The notes below the pieces were generated by a model, which saw nothing but the letters and a program-made list of their open reading frames with translations, was not told the DNA's origin and searched no databases. Source: Cetorhinus maximus (Eukaryota). Taken from it: 64,000 nt of DNA. The translations under genes were made by a program, and so were the position numbers. Shown here in pieces: positions 47,161 to 59,700 of this stretch (positions are counted from its first letter, which is position 1; the number at the start of each line of letters is the position of its first letter). The DNA is taken from assembly GCF_964194155.1 (NCBI RefSeq), contig NC_135900.1:10912001-10976000 (forward strand), in the 5' to 3' direction.

Positions 47161-49395
47161 TTATGGAGAACTTGAATTTTCTATTCCACTTAAGTGTTTT
47201 TCAGAATTATGAGTTTGCACATGTTCTTTCAGACCCAGCAGTTCTGTTTTAAGCTCGCCTGGTTTAGGTGGAATCTCTGGTATACTCTGAAGAACACAAA
47301 AACAGAATCAAGTTTAGTATTAAAACAAATCAGGAAAGTTCAAAATGAAGCTCTGACTCTAATATGACAACACTAAGTTATGGTTACAGCCTTCATTGAT
47401 GTCTTCTGGCACAGTGGCTTGCACCCTTGCCTCTGAGCCAGAAGCTCTGGGTTCAAGTCCCACCACTAAAGACGGTGCATCCATAACATAGCAAAACAGG
47501 ATCAACCACCTGCAAAACCTCCCAACAAAAATCAATGGCAGGCAGTAAGAGCAGGAGAAATTCCTAATCAGCCATCTGGTGACAAAGTTGGAGCCTCTAC
47601 CTTACTATCCGTAGCCTCAGACAACATACATATTACCACAGCAACTCAGATTATCTCTTGCCAAAAAGCCCACAACTGGGTTTGGGTTTATGTTCACCCA
47701 ACACCTGGTGAAACTTCAAACTCATTCAAAAAGATGGCTTGTGGAGAACTAACAAATCACTTTTGAGTAGGTATAATTTGTACATTTATATCTTTCAAAT
47801 AAGATTTCCTTTGGTTTTCTAGATACGTGTAGCTATCTGTAAATTCCTGACATCATCCAAGGAACAACTGTAAACATATGAAAAGGTTTGGCCCCACAGT
47901 AGACAAAAAGAATGGCTTTTTTCTAATAATGATTAAGTGACTAATCTCAAAATTTTGCATAAACTACCATCTTGTGTGGTGTTGTTCACGGTAGTTATTT
48001 TATTGCTAGGGAGATTGAGTTTTTTTCCTGGAAAATAAATTGTATTCTTTGCCCAAAGTAGGTCGATATACATTTGTTACCCCTTGCACAACACATTGAT
48101 ACAGGATTTTTATTCAGAACCTCCCTTCAAATTTGAGTAACACTCCCAGAATGTACTGGGTTTCATTTTACTCATATTCAACTGTTGTGAATTAAATGCA
48201 TTATAAATACAAAGACAGTGCAAGTCCTTCTCTAATCACTGTTTCAACTTATCTGCAGGTGTTCAACCTTCTTGGGGTACTGCAGATTGTTAGCTAAAAT
48301 AATAAAACAATAGGTGCTTAAGTCACAAGGAAAATTAAAGCTTTAACTTAATTCATACATACATGGTGTCTAGTCAAATACAGAAAATAGTATCGTATTA
48401 AAATAGTTCAATCATTTTCTTGTTTAATTTTAGTACTACAAACCTTGTTTTCAGTAAATCCTCAGTTTATTGGGCAAAGCTGTTGGCTAAAAAAAATCTT
48501 AAATGAGAAATTTTATTGATCACTTCCTTTATTTGGTTTACCTACTACATTGACATCTTCAGCTGTGTTTCGCATGTTTTTAATCAATACAGAATTTGAA
48601 CCAACCAGCTGCAAGTGTGAAACAAAATTTGTAGTTTGAGAAAGGTGTGACAACCAAAATGTAGGATAGATAAAATAAATGTGACTTAAATAAAGATAAA
48701 AAGTATAAGAAACAAAACGCATTAGTGCTAGCATGTCGGAGGTGTAGAAAGGCAGAGATGGAAGAGAATTTACAAGATAGGAAAGAAAATTTTATGTAAA
48801 CATGGAAATTATTGGGGTAAGAATATTTTAATGAGAATGGAGAGGTGTGGCACACAGATGTTTCCTTATGCCATGGAGGGGACATGGATTCATGCACTTA
48901 AAATGAGCTTCCCAATTTCAGCTATGTGCTTGGAGAAAAACACTGATAAGAGTTCACTGCAACATTTCTCTACAGAAATTAAAATAAAATGCTAATAACT
49001 ATCAGCCTTTTCCTGGTGGTAGGCAATGTTCCATCTAAGCTGTGCAGATGCCTGCAAAGTTCCCACACAAGGCATGCACAAGTCAGCCCTTTTAAGTTAC
49101 TTTCAAGTTTGCGTGGCTGTGCAATTAAAACACCTATGCACTACCAAAAAAAAGAGGGTATGTTGGTGGCAGACAAAAGTAGTACTGCCAGAAACCTGAA
49201 GTCAAGCTGCCAACCTACCCCTTCCCAACAAGGGGACAATGGCAAGGATTAGGGAGGCAAACAAAATCTACAAGATTTCTCACTCACCAAATCTGGTCTG
49301 TAGTACCTGTGTACTACTTCTGCTCCTGCAAACATTGCTAGAATGCTTGACCCCAGCATCTTCAGGTAACGAGGCCAGGACACCCCAGCTGGCAT
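47161..49395 (-). CDS. UQCC6: BRAWNIN / complex III assembly factor 6 (C12orf73) microprotein, 77 aa
   Basis: Coding exons 49395-49288 (MPAGVSWPRYLKMLGSSILAMFAGAEVVHRYYRPDL|GTGAGT) and 47286-47161 (cag|SIPEIPPKPGELKTELLGLKEHVQTHNSEKHLSGIENSSSP*); lies between HSP90B1 and TDG; candidate AATAAA on the minus strand at 46998-46993. Confidence 0.95.
47400..47640 (+). mobile_element. tRNA-derived SINE-like repeat in the UQCC6 intron
   Basis: tggcacagtgg...gggttcaagtccc A/B boxes; homologous to 16925-17260. Confidence 0.6.
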
Positions 49396-49619
49396 CTTTA
49401 TTTGCTAAAACTGTCTCCTAATTCATAGTACTGTTGACTGTAAAACAAACATTGGACATCATTAACTATTAAGTGAAAACAACTGCAATGATGAATCACC
49501 ACAGCATTAACTGTGTACAATTTGCACTGTAAAGTGATCTAACATTTCTGAAACGGAATACTCTGATTAAAGGAAATTAATTTGCATACAGTAAATTGCA
49601 AAATATTTAAGATCTATCT

Positions 49620-50860
49620 GCTGTTGCTTGTAGCTACTCCTACCAGGAGATGTTGTCTTGGTTTGTCACACTCGTCATTGTTTGCGTCATCCTCACATCC
49701 ACTGCAGCCATTCTTTTACATCCATCATCCAATTATGCCTAGGACAACCCCTCTTTCTGCTGCGCTCCACTTTACCCTATCAAGGGGATCTCTGTAGCTT
49801 TTCAGCTCTGATCAAATGGCCAAAAATACTGATATTCCCTTTTTCGGATGTCGCTTTTTAAAAGGGTTCTTTGCTCTTGCTAACTCAAGCACCTCTTCAT
49901 TTGTCCTATGGTCTGTCTATGGAATTTTAAGCATATGTCTGAGCATCCACATTTCAAAGGCTTCTATTTTCTTTCCCAGGTCTTTACTTATTGTCCAGGT
50001 TTCTGAGGCATACAGGAAAGAGATGTAGGATCTTATGAGTGTTTTTCCCTTGTTACAAGTTGAGTTTTTAACACCACGTTCATCTTCAGGAAATTGCTTC
50101 TGTCCATCTCTATCCTACTTCTGACTTCAGAATCACATCTACCATTTTCTGTTATCATTTATCCTAAATAGACAAACTTATCTACTTGTGACACCATCCA
50201 CTTCTATCTTCACTCTTGTTTCTTCTAATGTATTCTTTCTGTCCACCATTGTTTTTGTCTTTTGGTGCTCATACTCCATCCATGTTCTGAACTCCTAAAT
50301 TTTACTTGATCCACGATATTTTGTGGGGCCTTTTCTGATTCTGTAATTAGCGCTGCGTTGTCAACGTACCGCAACTTTGTTATGTTCTTGCCTCCATTTT
50401 TTTAGCCTTGGAAGTCCATCTTATTCTCTGAATATTTGTTGCGTACAGATTGAATAATTTTGATAACAGTACACAGATTCGTCATACTACTCTCTTCATT
50501 TATCTGATCATCCATCTTCCAGCCTGATGTTCACTATTTGATTCCAATATAGGCTCTGGATAAATCTCACATCTTTACTCTCATTGTCACATTTCAGTAA
50601 CATGTCTATTAGCATTTGGTGATAAACACAATTGAACGCTTTTTCATAACCTGTAAATGTTCTTGTTTACTTCTAGATATTTATCAAAGATTTTGTTCTT
50701 TTTTGTAAATATTCCTTTTCTCATTCCTACTCCAGGTCTAAATCCAGACTACGTTTCACCAATTTCTGCTTCAAATACATTATTATTTTCATTATGATTT
50801 TCAAGATCATTTTAATGAGATGACTCATTAAGCTTATAGTTCTAAAATCTAAGATTTTCC
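49620..50860 (-). mobile_element. Decayed RTE-clade LINE
   Basis: DFRTISLMSHLIKMILKII and recognisable RTE RT/3' sequence with many stops. Confidence 0.7.
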
Positions 50861-51244
50861 ACTGTACCACAATGATACTGTATTGTGCAAACAACTGAAC
50901 TGATTCAGATTGCACTTTTGAATTACACAGTACAGATCAGAAACGGGCCATTCGGTCCAGCTACTCTATATCACTATTTACACTTCACGTAAGCCTCTAT
51001 CCCATTTCAGCTAAACCTGTCGCAAATCTTTCTATTACTTTTCCCACTATTGTTTTTCTAGCCTTGTCTTAAAGGCATATGAACTGCATAGTTGTGCATA
51101 CAATTTGGTGGCTGGTAACAAAGCATATTCAGTAAGTTTTGCTACAAGTGTCAATTGTTTCCTCTTAAAAGCAGCAAGTTGCTCAATGTATGTACAGCAT
51201 GGCTGCATAAGAACCGCATTTAACATTCAAGTACAAGAGACAAT

Positions 51245-53650
51245 AACATAGAAAATAGGAGCAGGAGTCGATCATTTGGCCCTTCAAACCTGCTCCGCCA
51301 TTCAATATGATCATGGCTGATCCTCTATCTCAAAGCCGGACTCCCACGCTCTCCCCATACCTTTAGAGTCCAGAAATCTATCCATTTCCTCCTTAAACAT
51401 ATTAAGTGACTTGGCCTCCACAGCCTTCTGTGGTAGAGAATTCGATAGGTTCACCATCCTGAGTGAAGAAGTTTCTCTTAATGTCAGTCCCAAATGGTCT
51501 ACCTCGTATCCTGAGACTGTGACCCCTTGGTCCAGAACCCCCCACCCCAGCCAGAGGAAATATCATCCCTGCATCCAGTCTGTCCATCGCTGTCAGAATT
51601 TTATACGTTTCAATGAGATCCTCTCTCATTCTTCTAAACTCCAATGGATACAAGCCTAATCGGCCCGATCTCTCCTCATATGACAATCCTGCCATTCCAG
51701 GAATCAGTCTGGTGAACCTTCGCTGCACTCCCTCTATGGCAAACATATCCTTTCTTAGATAAGGAGACCAAAACTGCACACAATATTCCAGGTGTGGTCT
51801 CACCAAGGCCCTGTACAGCTGCATCCTTGCTCCTTTACACAAGTCTTCTCGCAATGAAAGCCAACATACTAATTGCCTTCTTAACTGCTGGCTGCACCTG
51901 CATGCTTGCTTTCAGTGATTGACATCCAGGTCCCTTTGTACATCCAACATATCCCAATCTATCACCACTTAAATAATACTCTGCCATTCTGTTTTTCCTA
52001 CTAAAGTGGATAACTTCACACTTATCCACGTTATACTGCATCTGCAGTATCTTTGCCCACTCGCTCAACCTGTCAAAATCACCTTGAAGCCTCTTAACAT
52101 CCTCCTCATTGCTCACATTCCCCACCAAGTTTCATGTAGATTTGCAAACTTGGAAACATTACATTTGGTTCCCTCATCCAAATCATTGATATATGTGAAT
52201 AGCTGGGGCTCAAGCACTGGTCCCTGCAGTACCCCACTAGTCACCGCCTGCCACTCCGAAAAAGACTCTACTCTCTGTTTCCTGTCTGCTGACCAATTCT
52301 CAATCCATGCCAATATATTACCGCCAATCCCATGTGCTTTAATTTTACACACTAATCTCTTATGTGGGACTTTATCAAAAGCTTTCTGAAAATCCAAATA
52401 CACCATATCCACTGGTTCTCGTCTATATATTCTGCTAGTTACATCCTCAAAAAATTCCAGTAGGTTTGTCAAACATGATTTCCCTTTCACAAACCCATGT
52501 TGACTTTGTCTAATCTCGTTGATATTTTCTAAGTGTCCTGTTATCACATCCTTTATAATAGACTCTAGCATTTTCCCTTCACTGTTTTCTCCCTCCCTCC
52601 TTTTTTAAATAGTAGGGTCACATTTGCCACCCTCCGATCTGCCGGGACTGTTCCAGAATCAACAGAATTTTGGGAGATGACAACCAACTCATACACTATT
52701 TCCATGGCCACCTCCTTCAGCAACCTGGGATGTAGATTATCCGGCCCTTTGGATTTATCGGCACTCAGTCCCATTAATTTCACCAGCACTATTGTTTTAG
52801 TAACACTAATTTACTTCAATTCCTCCTTCTCAATAGATCCTTGGTTCCCTATTATTTCTGGGAAGTTGTTTGTATCTTCCTCCATGAAGACAGAACTAAA
52901 GTAGTTGTTTAATTGCTCTGTCATTTCCTTGTTCTCTATTATAAATTCTCCTGTTTCAGACTGTATGGGACCGACATTTGTCTTCATTAATCTTTTTCTT
53001 TTTACATACTTATGGAAGCTTTCACAGTCTGCTTTTATGTTCCTTGCAAGTTTACTCTCTCTCAATTTTTCCCCTCTTGATGAATCTCTTGGTCCTTCTT
53101 CGCTGAATTCTAAACTGCTCCCAACCCTCAGGGGTTTTTTTTCTAGCAATTTTATATGACTCCTCTTTGGGTCTAATATTATCCTTAATTTCTTTTGTTA
53201 GCCATGGTTGGGCCACTTTTCCAGTTGTGTTTTTGTGCCAGAAAGGAATGTATAACTGTTGCAATGTATACATTCGTTCCTTAAATATTAGCCATTGTCT
53301 ATCCACCATCATGCCTTTCAATGAAGTTCCCCAATCTATCTTAGCCAACTCACACCTCATATCTTTGTAGTTTCCTTTGTTAATATTTAGGACCCTAGTT
53401 TCAGATTGGACTACTTCACTTTTCATCCTAATGAAGAATTCTATCATGTTAATGGTCATACTTCCCTAAAGGACCCGGCACAACAAGATTATTAATTAAA
53501 CTCTTCCCATTACACAATACCAAATTTAGGATAGCCTGGTCCCTAGTCGGTTCCTCGACATACTGGTCTAAAAAAACACCATCTCGTACACACTCCAGAA
53601 ATTTGTCCGCCACAGTATTATTGCCAATTTGGTTTGCCCAGTCTATATGT
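51245..53650 (-). mobile_element. CR1 LINE, long decayed ORF2 (APE-RT linker + RT)
   Basis: LDQYVEEPTRDQAILNLVLCN; SQHGFVKGKSCLTNLLEFF; YLDFQKAFDKVPH; LVRPHLEYCVQFWSP. Confidence 0.92.
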
Positions 53651-54009
53651 AAACTTTTAATAGATAATTTGCTAATTCCTTGAAGTACACACAATTCATG
53701 ATACATTATGCATTTTAAGCTATAAAATTACATTCCTTTCCTAACAGCACTGTACTGCACCACATGGACTGCAGCAGTTCAAGAAGCAGCTCGCCACCAT
53801 CTTCTCAAGGGCAATTAAGAATGGGCAACAAATGGGTTGCCTTGCCAGTGGCATCCTATGAAAGAATCAAAAAAATACAAACATCATGGGTTCAGATGTA
53901 ATTCTATCTTCTAATAAAATGTGTAGCTTTAGGATTGGGTTCAAGGATACATACAGGAACAGACTTCAGAATCTTTCAGATTATGTGCAAAACAAAAGCA
54001 TGTACTATT

Positions 54010-55300
54010 TTCCCTTTACTCAGAGGGCTAGGAATCTTTGGAATTCTCCACCCAAGAGGGTTGTGGATACTTATTTGTTTAAGGCTGAGATAGATAGATT
54101 TTGGACTCTTAAAGGAATCAAGAGATATGGAGATTGGGCAGCAAAGTGGAGTTGAGATAGATGCACAACCATGAATGACGTTAGTTAATGGCAGAGCACA
54201 CGTGAGGGGTCATACATACGAATTGGGCGCAGGCCTGCTCCTAATTATTAATATCTTCTGAGATATTGCCCTCCAGTAATCTGATGTCTGAAGCATGATT
54301 ACACTCAGCTCAGCCTGTTCATCTGAGAACACTTGATCACATGTTTCCTGTGGAGAACTGATACATCAGGAGGGTAACTGAGATTACAGCTGGAAGTTTC
54401 TCTAGGTTGGCAGCTGCATGACTCCTCCTTTGTGTAGATGCTAAGCCACCTCACAGTTGGAAAAACAAGACAGGAAATAGCTGCTTTTCTTTCGTTTTTG
54501 TTTTTTTTAAAAGGTCGTTTAGTACTCTTGCATAAAACATTTGTTAGAATACTCTGAACACAGAAAATGCTATTATTTGGGTAGGTCTGTTGACAAGTGA
54601 ACATTCCCCAACCACAGGATATACTTCACAGCCGATTAGTGTTAGCTGCCTGTCACCTATTGAAAGTCTGAGCATTTTGTTTTTAGATGCATGTTAACTT
54701 GCCTGTTCTTTCACAATGCCCACCTGACCTGCTGAGCATTTACAGCATCTGCAACGGTTTTGTTTTAAGAGAAAAAAACACAGCCACGCAGACGGGTTGG
54801 ACCATACAACCCGTCCTCATATTGTGATCTCTATGGGGACGGAAGGGCAACTCGGGTATTCGCAACACTGAGTTACGTACCGTCTGACTGAGTTTCTGAT
54901 GAAGCAGGGGATACTTTAGTCTTGGAGGGAATGCAGCATTGATTTACCAGAATGGGTCAAATTACCTGGAGAAATTACACAAACTAGGGTTATATTCCCT
55001 GGAATTTAGAACACTTAGGTGATTTGGGTGACTTGATCGAAATTTTCAGGACATTAGGGGGAACTGATAAGGTAGGTAAGAGGGGCTATTTCCACTGGTT
55101 GAGTCTAAGACTAGAACACATAGTCCAAAAATTAGAGCCAGACCCTTTCTGGAGCAAAATTTAGAAACACTTCTACCCATAAAATGAGTGGGAGAGGTTT
55201 GAAACTCCCTTCCACAAATGACAACTGATGCTTGATGAATTAATCTGATATTGATCAATTTTTGTTATCCATAGGTATTAAGGGATGTAGGGAGTAAAGA
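54010..55300 (+). mobile_element. Short CR1 3' fragments (~54010-54245 and ~54900-55300)
   Basis: FTQRARNLWNSPP and CR1 3' UTR motifs. Confidence 0.6.
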
Positions 55301-55649
55301 TATACTAAGTAAAATGACATAGGGCGTACAATACAGAAACAAGCCGTTCAGCCTCTTTGACATTTATGCTCCACTGACGTCTCCTCCAGTCTTTCCTCGT
55401 CTAATTACCAGCCCAGCCCTCTTAAGGCGACAAATCAGATCAGCCACGATCGTACTAAGTGGCGGAGCAGGCTCAATGTTCCATTTCTTATGCTCTTATT
55501 CCCATTTTCCTCATATGCTTGCGTAGCCTCGCCTTAAATGCACCTATAGCATTCACCTCAACAGCTCCCTGCCAGAGCCAGTTCCACATTCCCATCACTC
55601 TCAACAAGTTTCTTCTGAATTCCCGGGTCCCTCATCAGCCATGATCTCA

Positions 55650-56720
55650 CTGACCGGCGGAACAGGCGAGGCTCGAGGGGGCTAAATGATTCCCCGCCCC
55701 GCCCCGCCCCGCCGTTCCTCCGGGGACACCACAGCTCCCACTCGTGCAAACGTATTTACAAAGGGGACCCCAGCCACACTTACCCTCTCCTCCTGTCCCC
55801 GGCCCTCCCAAACCTTTCACTTCCAGCCTGTGTAAAGGAAGGGGGGGGGGGGGGGAATGTGCTTCACTCACAACCGTCCCTCCTGCCGCGCCGCACCACA
55901 AACATTCGTTCCGCCCTTCGGAAACAGCCGTCTGGCGTCTGCGGCTTCCTCCATCCATTAACCAGAGCGAACTTTAAAACCAAAAAAAATGAGTCACTGG
56001 TAACGCTCATTCCCCAACCTTCTCAATCCTCCACTAACCATAACCCCCCCTCTCTCACTCACTCAGAGCTCACCGTTAGGAACGGAACCTTCAGCCCAGT
56101 TCAAATCGGCTTCGGAATATACCAATACTGAAAGAGGGGGGATAACAATACATTAGATGTGAACAATCTTACCTCGAAGGCAGTGAGTGAACACATAAGG
56201 TAATTTATCCATTTTTTTTAACTCTCTTTTACTCACTTTAGTCCGGGTTGATGTTTGACTTTTATGATCTTTCGTACTCTGGAATTTCAGGCTCGCCCCC
56301 CGCCAAACGTGGAAGGAGGGGATTTGGTGGAGTCCGGGCCACGTGCGCCCCCTGCGGCAGTGGGCGGGTGGCCCCTTTTGTTTGGCGGGGCTGACGAGCG
56401 TCTGCTGTTTCCTCTCGGAGGTAGTGATGGAGGCGCAGGGCCCGGGGCTGCAGTGCGAATACTTCCACGATTGGTGAGTCAGCGTAGGCAGAGCCCGTCG
56501 TTGCGGGAATCAGGTCCTGTCCTTCTCCTCCTCGATCCCGGAACACTGACTAACCATCTTTCCCCCCTTCTTTGTGTTAACCTTCAGGTCCAGCAGCTCC
56601 GGCCTGCCGCTTCTCCAGCCGGCCCAGGCCCAGACCCAGGCACCGACAGGGCCCGATCCCTTCAACGTGGAGGAGGCCGCCGCAGCAGCCTCGCCGCCAG
56701 AGGCCGGACAGGGTAAGAGA
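55650..56720. promoter_or_regulatory. CpG island / bidirectional promoter of UQCC6 and TDG
   Basis: High CpG density; GC boxes; E-box CACGTG 56340-56345; inverted E2F-like CCCGCCAAA 56299-56307 and TTTGGCGGG 56381-56389; candidate minus-strand donors near 56172 and 56236. Confidence 0.65.
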
Positions 56721-59700
56721 ACGTCCCCAGGCCTGAATAAAAGAGTTTCATATTGTGAAACTCGTCGCACAACAACAGCAGCCGCAGCAGCAACAACTCC
56801 GCCTGGAATATGTTCTGAAAGAAAGATAAATCCTAGCTCTTCCTGCCACTTGTTGACTGTCTCAGTGCTGCGTGAAGGGGAGTGAACTGATTAAGATACC
56901 AGAACAAGGAGCTGGAGCTTCTCTGTTACACCTTTTTAATATAATAAAACAACCCACAGAGACACAAGATAAACAATTATACCGAGACACATAAGGAGAT
57001 TTTAAGCCAGATGACCAGAAGCTTGGGCAAAGGAGCAGGTTTTAAGGAGTGTCTTAAGGGAGGAAAGCGAGGTACAGAGGCTTAAGGAGGGAATTCCAGA
57101 GCTTAGGGCCCAGGTAGCCGAAGGCAAGGCCACCAGATTTAAATTGGGGGTTCTCAAGAAGCCAGACATGGAGGAGTGGAGATATTTCAGAGGGTTATAA
57201 AGCTGGAGCAAATTATAATGATGATTTTGTGGGGGGGGATGAAGAGAGGGTAAGGGCATGGAGGGATGAGAATTTTTAAAAACAAGGTGTCACTTGATTA
57301 GTAGGTCAGTGAGCACAGGCGTGATGGGTAAACAGGACTTGGTTTCATCACTTTAAAAATAAGGGATCGCCCATTTAAAACAGATGAGGTGAATTTTTTT
57401 TTCCTTCAGAGGGTCGTGAGTCTTTGGAATTCTCTTCCTGAAAAGGTGGTGGAAGCAGTCTTTGAATATTTTAACGGCAGAGGTGGATAGATTCTTGGTA
57501 AGCGAGGGGGTGGTGATAGGTTATCGGCGGTAGGTGGGACGCAGATTTCAGGTTACTATCAGATCAGCCATGATCTTATTAAATGGCGGAGCAGGCTTGA
57601 AGGACTGAATGGCCCACTCCTGCTCCTTGTTCATATCATGAGCAGCAGGGTTTTGGATGACCTCAAGCTTATGTAGGGTAGAAAGTGGGAGGTTGGCCAG
57701 GAGTGTGTTAGTATAGTCAAAGACATGAATAAGGGTTTCGGCAGCAGAACACTTGAGGTGGAATAGGTGATGTTATGAAAGGAGGCCTCGGTGACAGGGA
57801 TGGAAGTTTATCTTGGGTTCAGACATGATACTAAGGTTTCAGTATAACTTCAGACAGTTGCCGGGGGAGGGATGGCATGAGTGGCTAATGTTTGTGGTGG
57901 GGACTAATGACAATAGCTTAGGTCTTCCTGATATTTAGTTAGAAGAAATTTCTGCTCATCCAATGCTGAATGCCAGACAAGCGGTTTGACATTTGAGAGG
58001 TGGTGGGGGGGGTCAAGAGAGGTGGTGGTGAGGTAGAGCTATGTCCCGTCAGCATGTGTGTGGAAAGTGGAGCTGTGTTTTTAGATGAAATTGCTGAGGG
58101 GCAACGTGAGGAATAGGACAGGGTCAAGCATAGACCCTTGGGCACACCAAAGGTAATGGTGCAGTAGCAGGAAGAAAAGCCATTGGAAGTGATACTTTGG
58201 CTACAGTTAGATAGGTGAGATTAGAGCCGGGTGAGTGCAGTTCCAACTAGTTCACTGTTTTGGTTGAGGAAGGTTTGGTCAACTTTCAAAGGTGCAAGCA
58301 TGTTGAGAGGATGACAAGGGATGGTTCACCACTGTCAAAGTTATATAGTATGCTCTGGGAGAGATGGACACAGAATTGGGAGGCAATGGCACATTCAAAG
58401 ACTTTGGAAAGGAAAGGGATGCTGAAGATGAGGCGGTAGTTTGCAGGGCTGGAAGAGTCAAGGTTGGTTTTATGATGGGATAGGGTGATGGCAACAGTTT
58501 TGAAGGAGTGGAGCACAGTACCTGAGGAGAGAAAACTTAATGTCAGCTAATATGGGAGTTAGGAAGAGAAATTGGTTGTTTAGCAGTTTAGTGAGAATAG
58601 GTTCAAGGGAGCGAGATGAGCTCAGAGATGGCATGAGGAGAGAAACTAGAGAAAAGTGAGAGTTTAGAGCAGGAGGAAGAATGTGCAATAGGATGTGTTG
58701 CCCGCACCCCGAAAGTGATTTAAGTTGTTGTGAGATGACACTTGATTCAGCTTTGTGCACCTTGTTCGTTTTATTAACTTCATCACAATCAACTCAATGC
58801 TAAAATTGAATATGCATGTGTAAGTAGCTGCTTGTTTTGAGCTGACCATAAGATTTCAGATGTGAGCCCCAAAACCAACAGAGTCGACAGCATCATCAGA
58901 CTTCTTAATTTGTGGCATTTAATTACATCACTAACGGTTACTAATGTTGCTTCATATATTGACACGTTTTACATATGAAAAATGTATTTTGTGTAACTAC
59001 AAATGTAGGGCCTCAATAAATTCTAAAGCCATTTGAAAGGTAGAGGGAAAGCTATAATACAGAATTTTTGGGACGGAGTAATAATGTTCTGTAAAGTGAT
59101 AGAAAAGTATATTGCAAATATATCAGCCCTGTGTCTTTTCAGCCTCAATACTATATGTAATAATTTCCTCTTATATCAACCATCTTATATACTGCTACAG
59201 TGATGTTACTGTTGTATTTAGACTGTACTGCTATAAAAATAAAACTGATGAATTAGATTAATTCCTTCCCTTCATTTGTGACACCTGTTTACTTTTATGC
59301 CACAAATTAAGGAACAATAAGTGTTAACTCTGGGTTATTCAGCAGAATAATCCATCTCTAAACTGACAGAAACTGAAGCGTTAATTCTCCTCTGTTCGTC
59401 CCTGGTGCTGTACACATAGTTTGAGGTGATAACAGTGGTGTATTGTGTTGCTGCACAAACCATTTTTTTACATGGTGTTTCACAGACATAGATACTGACT
59501 TGCAACATTGCAATTTAAATCCTGCTACTAGTGGCAATTCTGACTCTGGCACTAATATAAACAAAACTCCTCCCAACAGTATGGAGACTTGCCTCAAGAT
59601 TCACTTTTGACCATAAGTAATAAATATGTCATGTGCTGGTAGCCACCATTTTGTTCCTGCTGTGAATGGGCAGACGGTTCTCAACCAGTCTTGTATCCAT

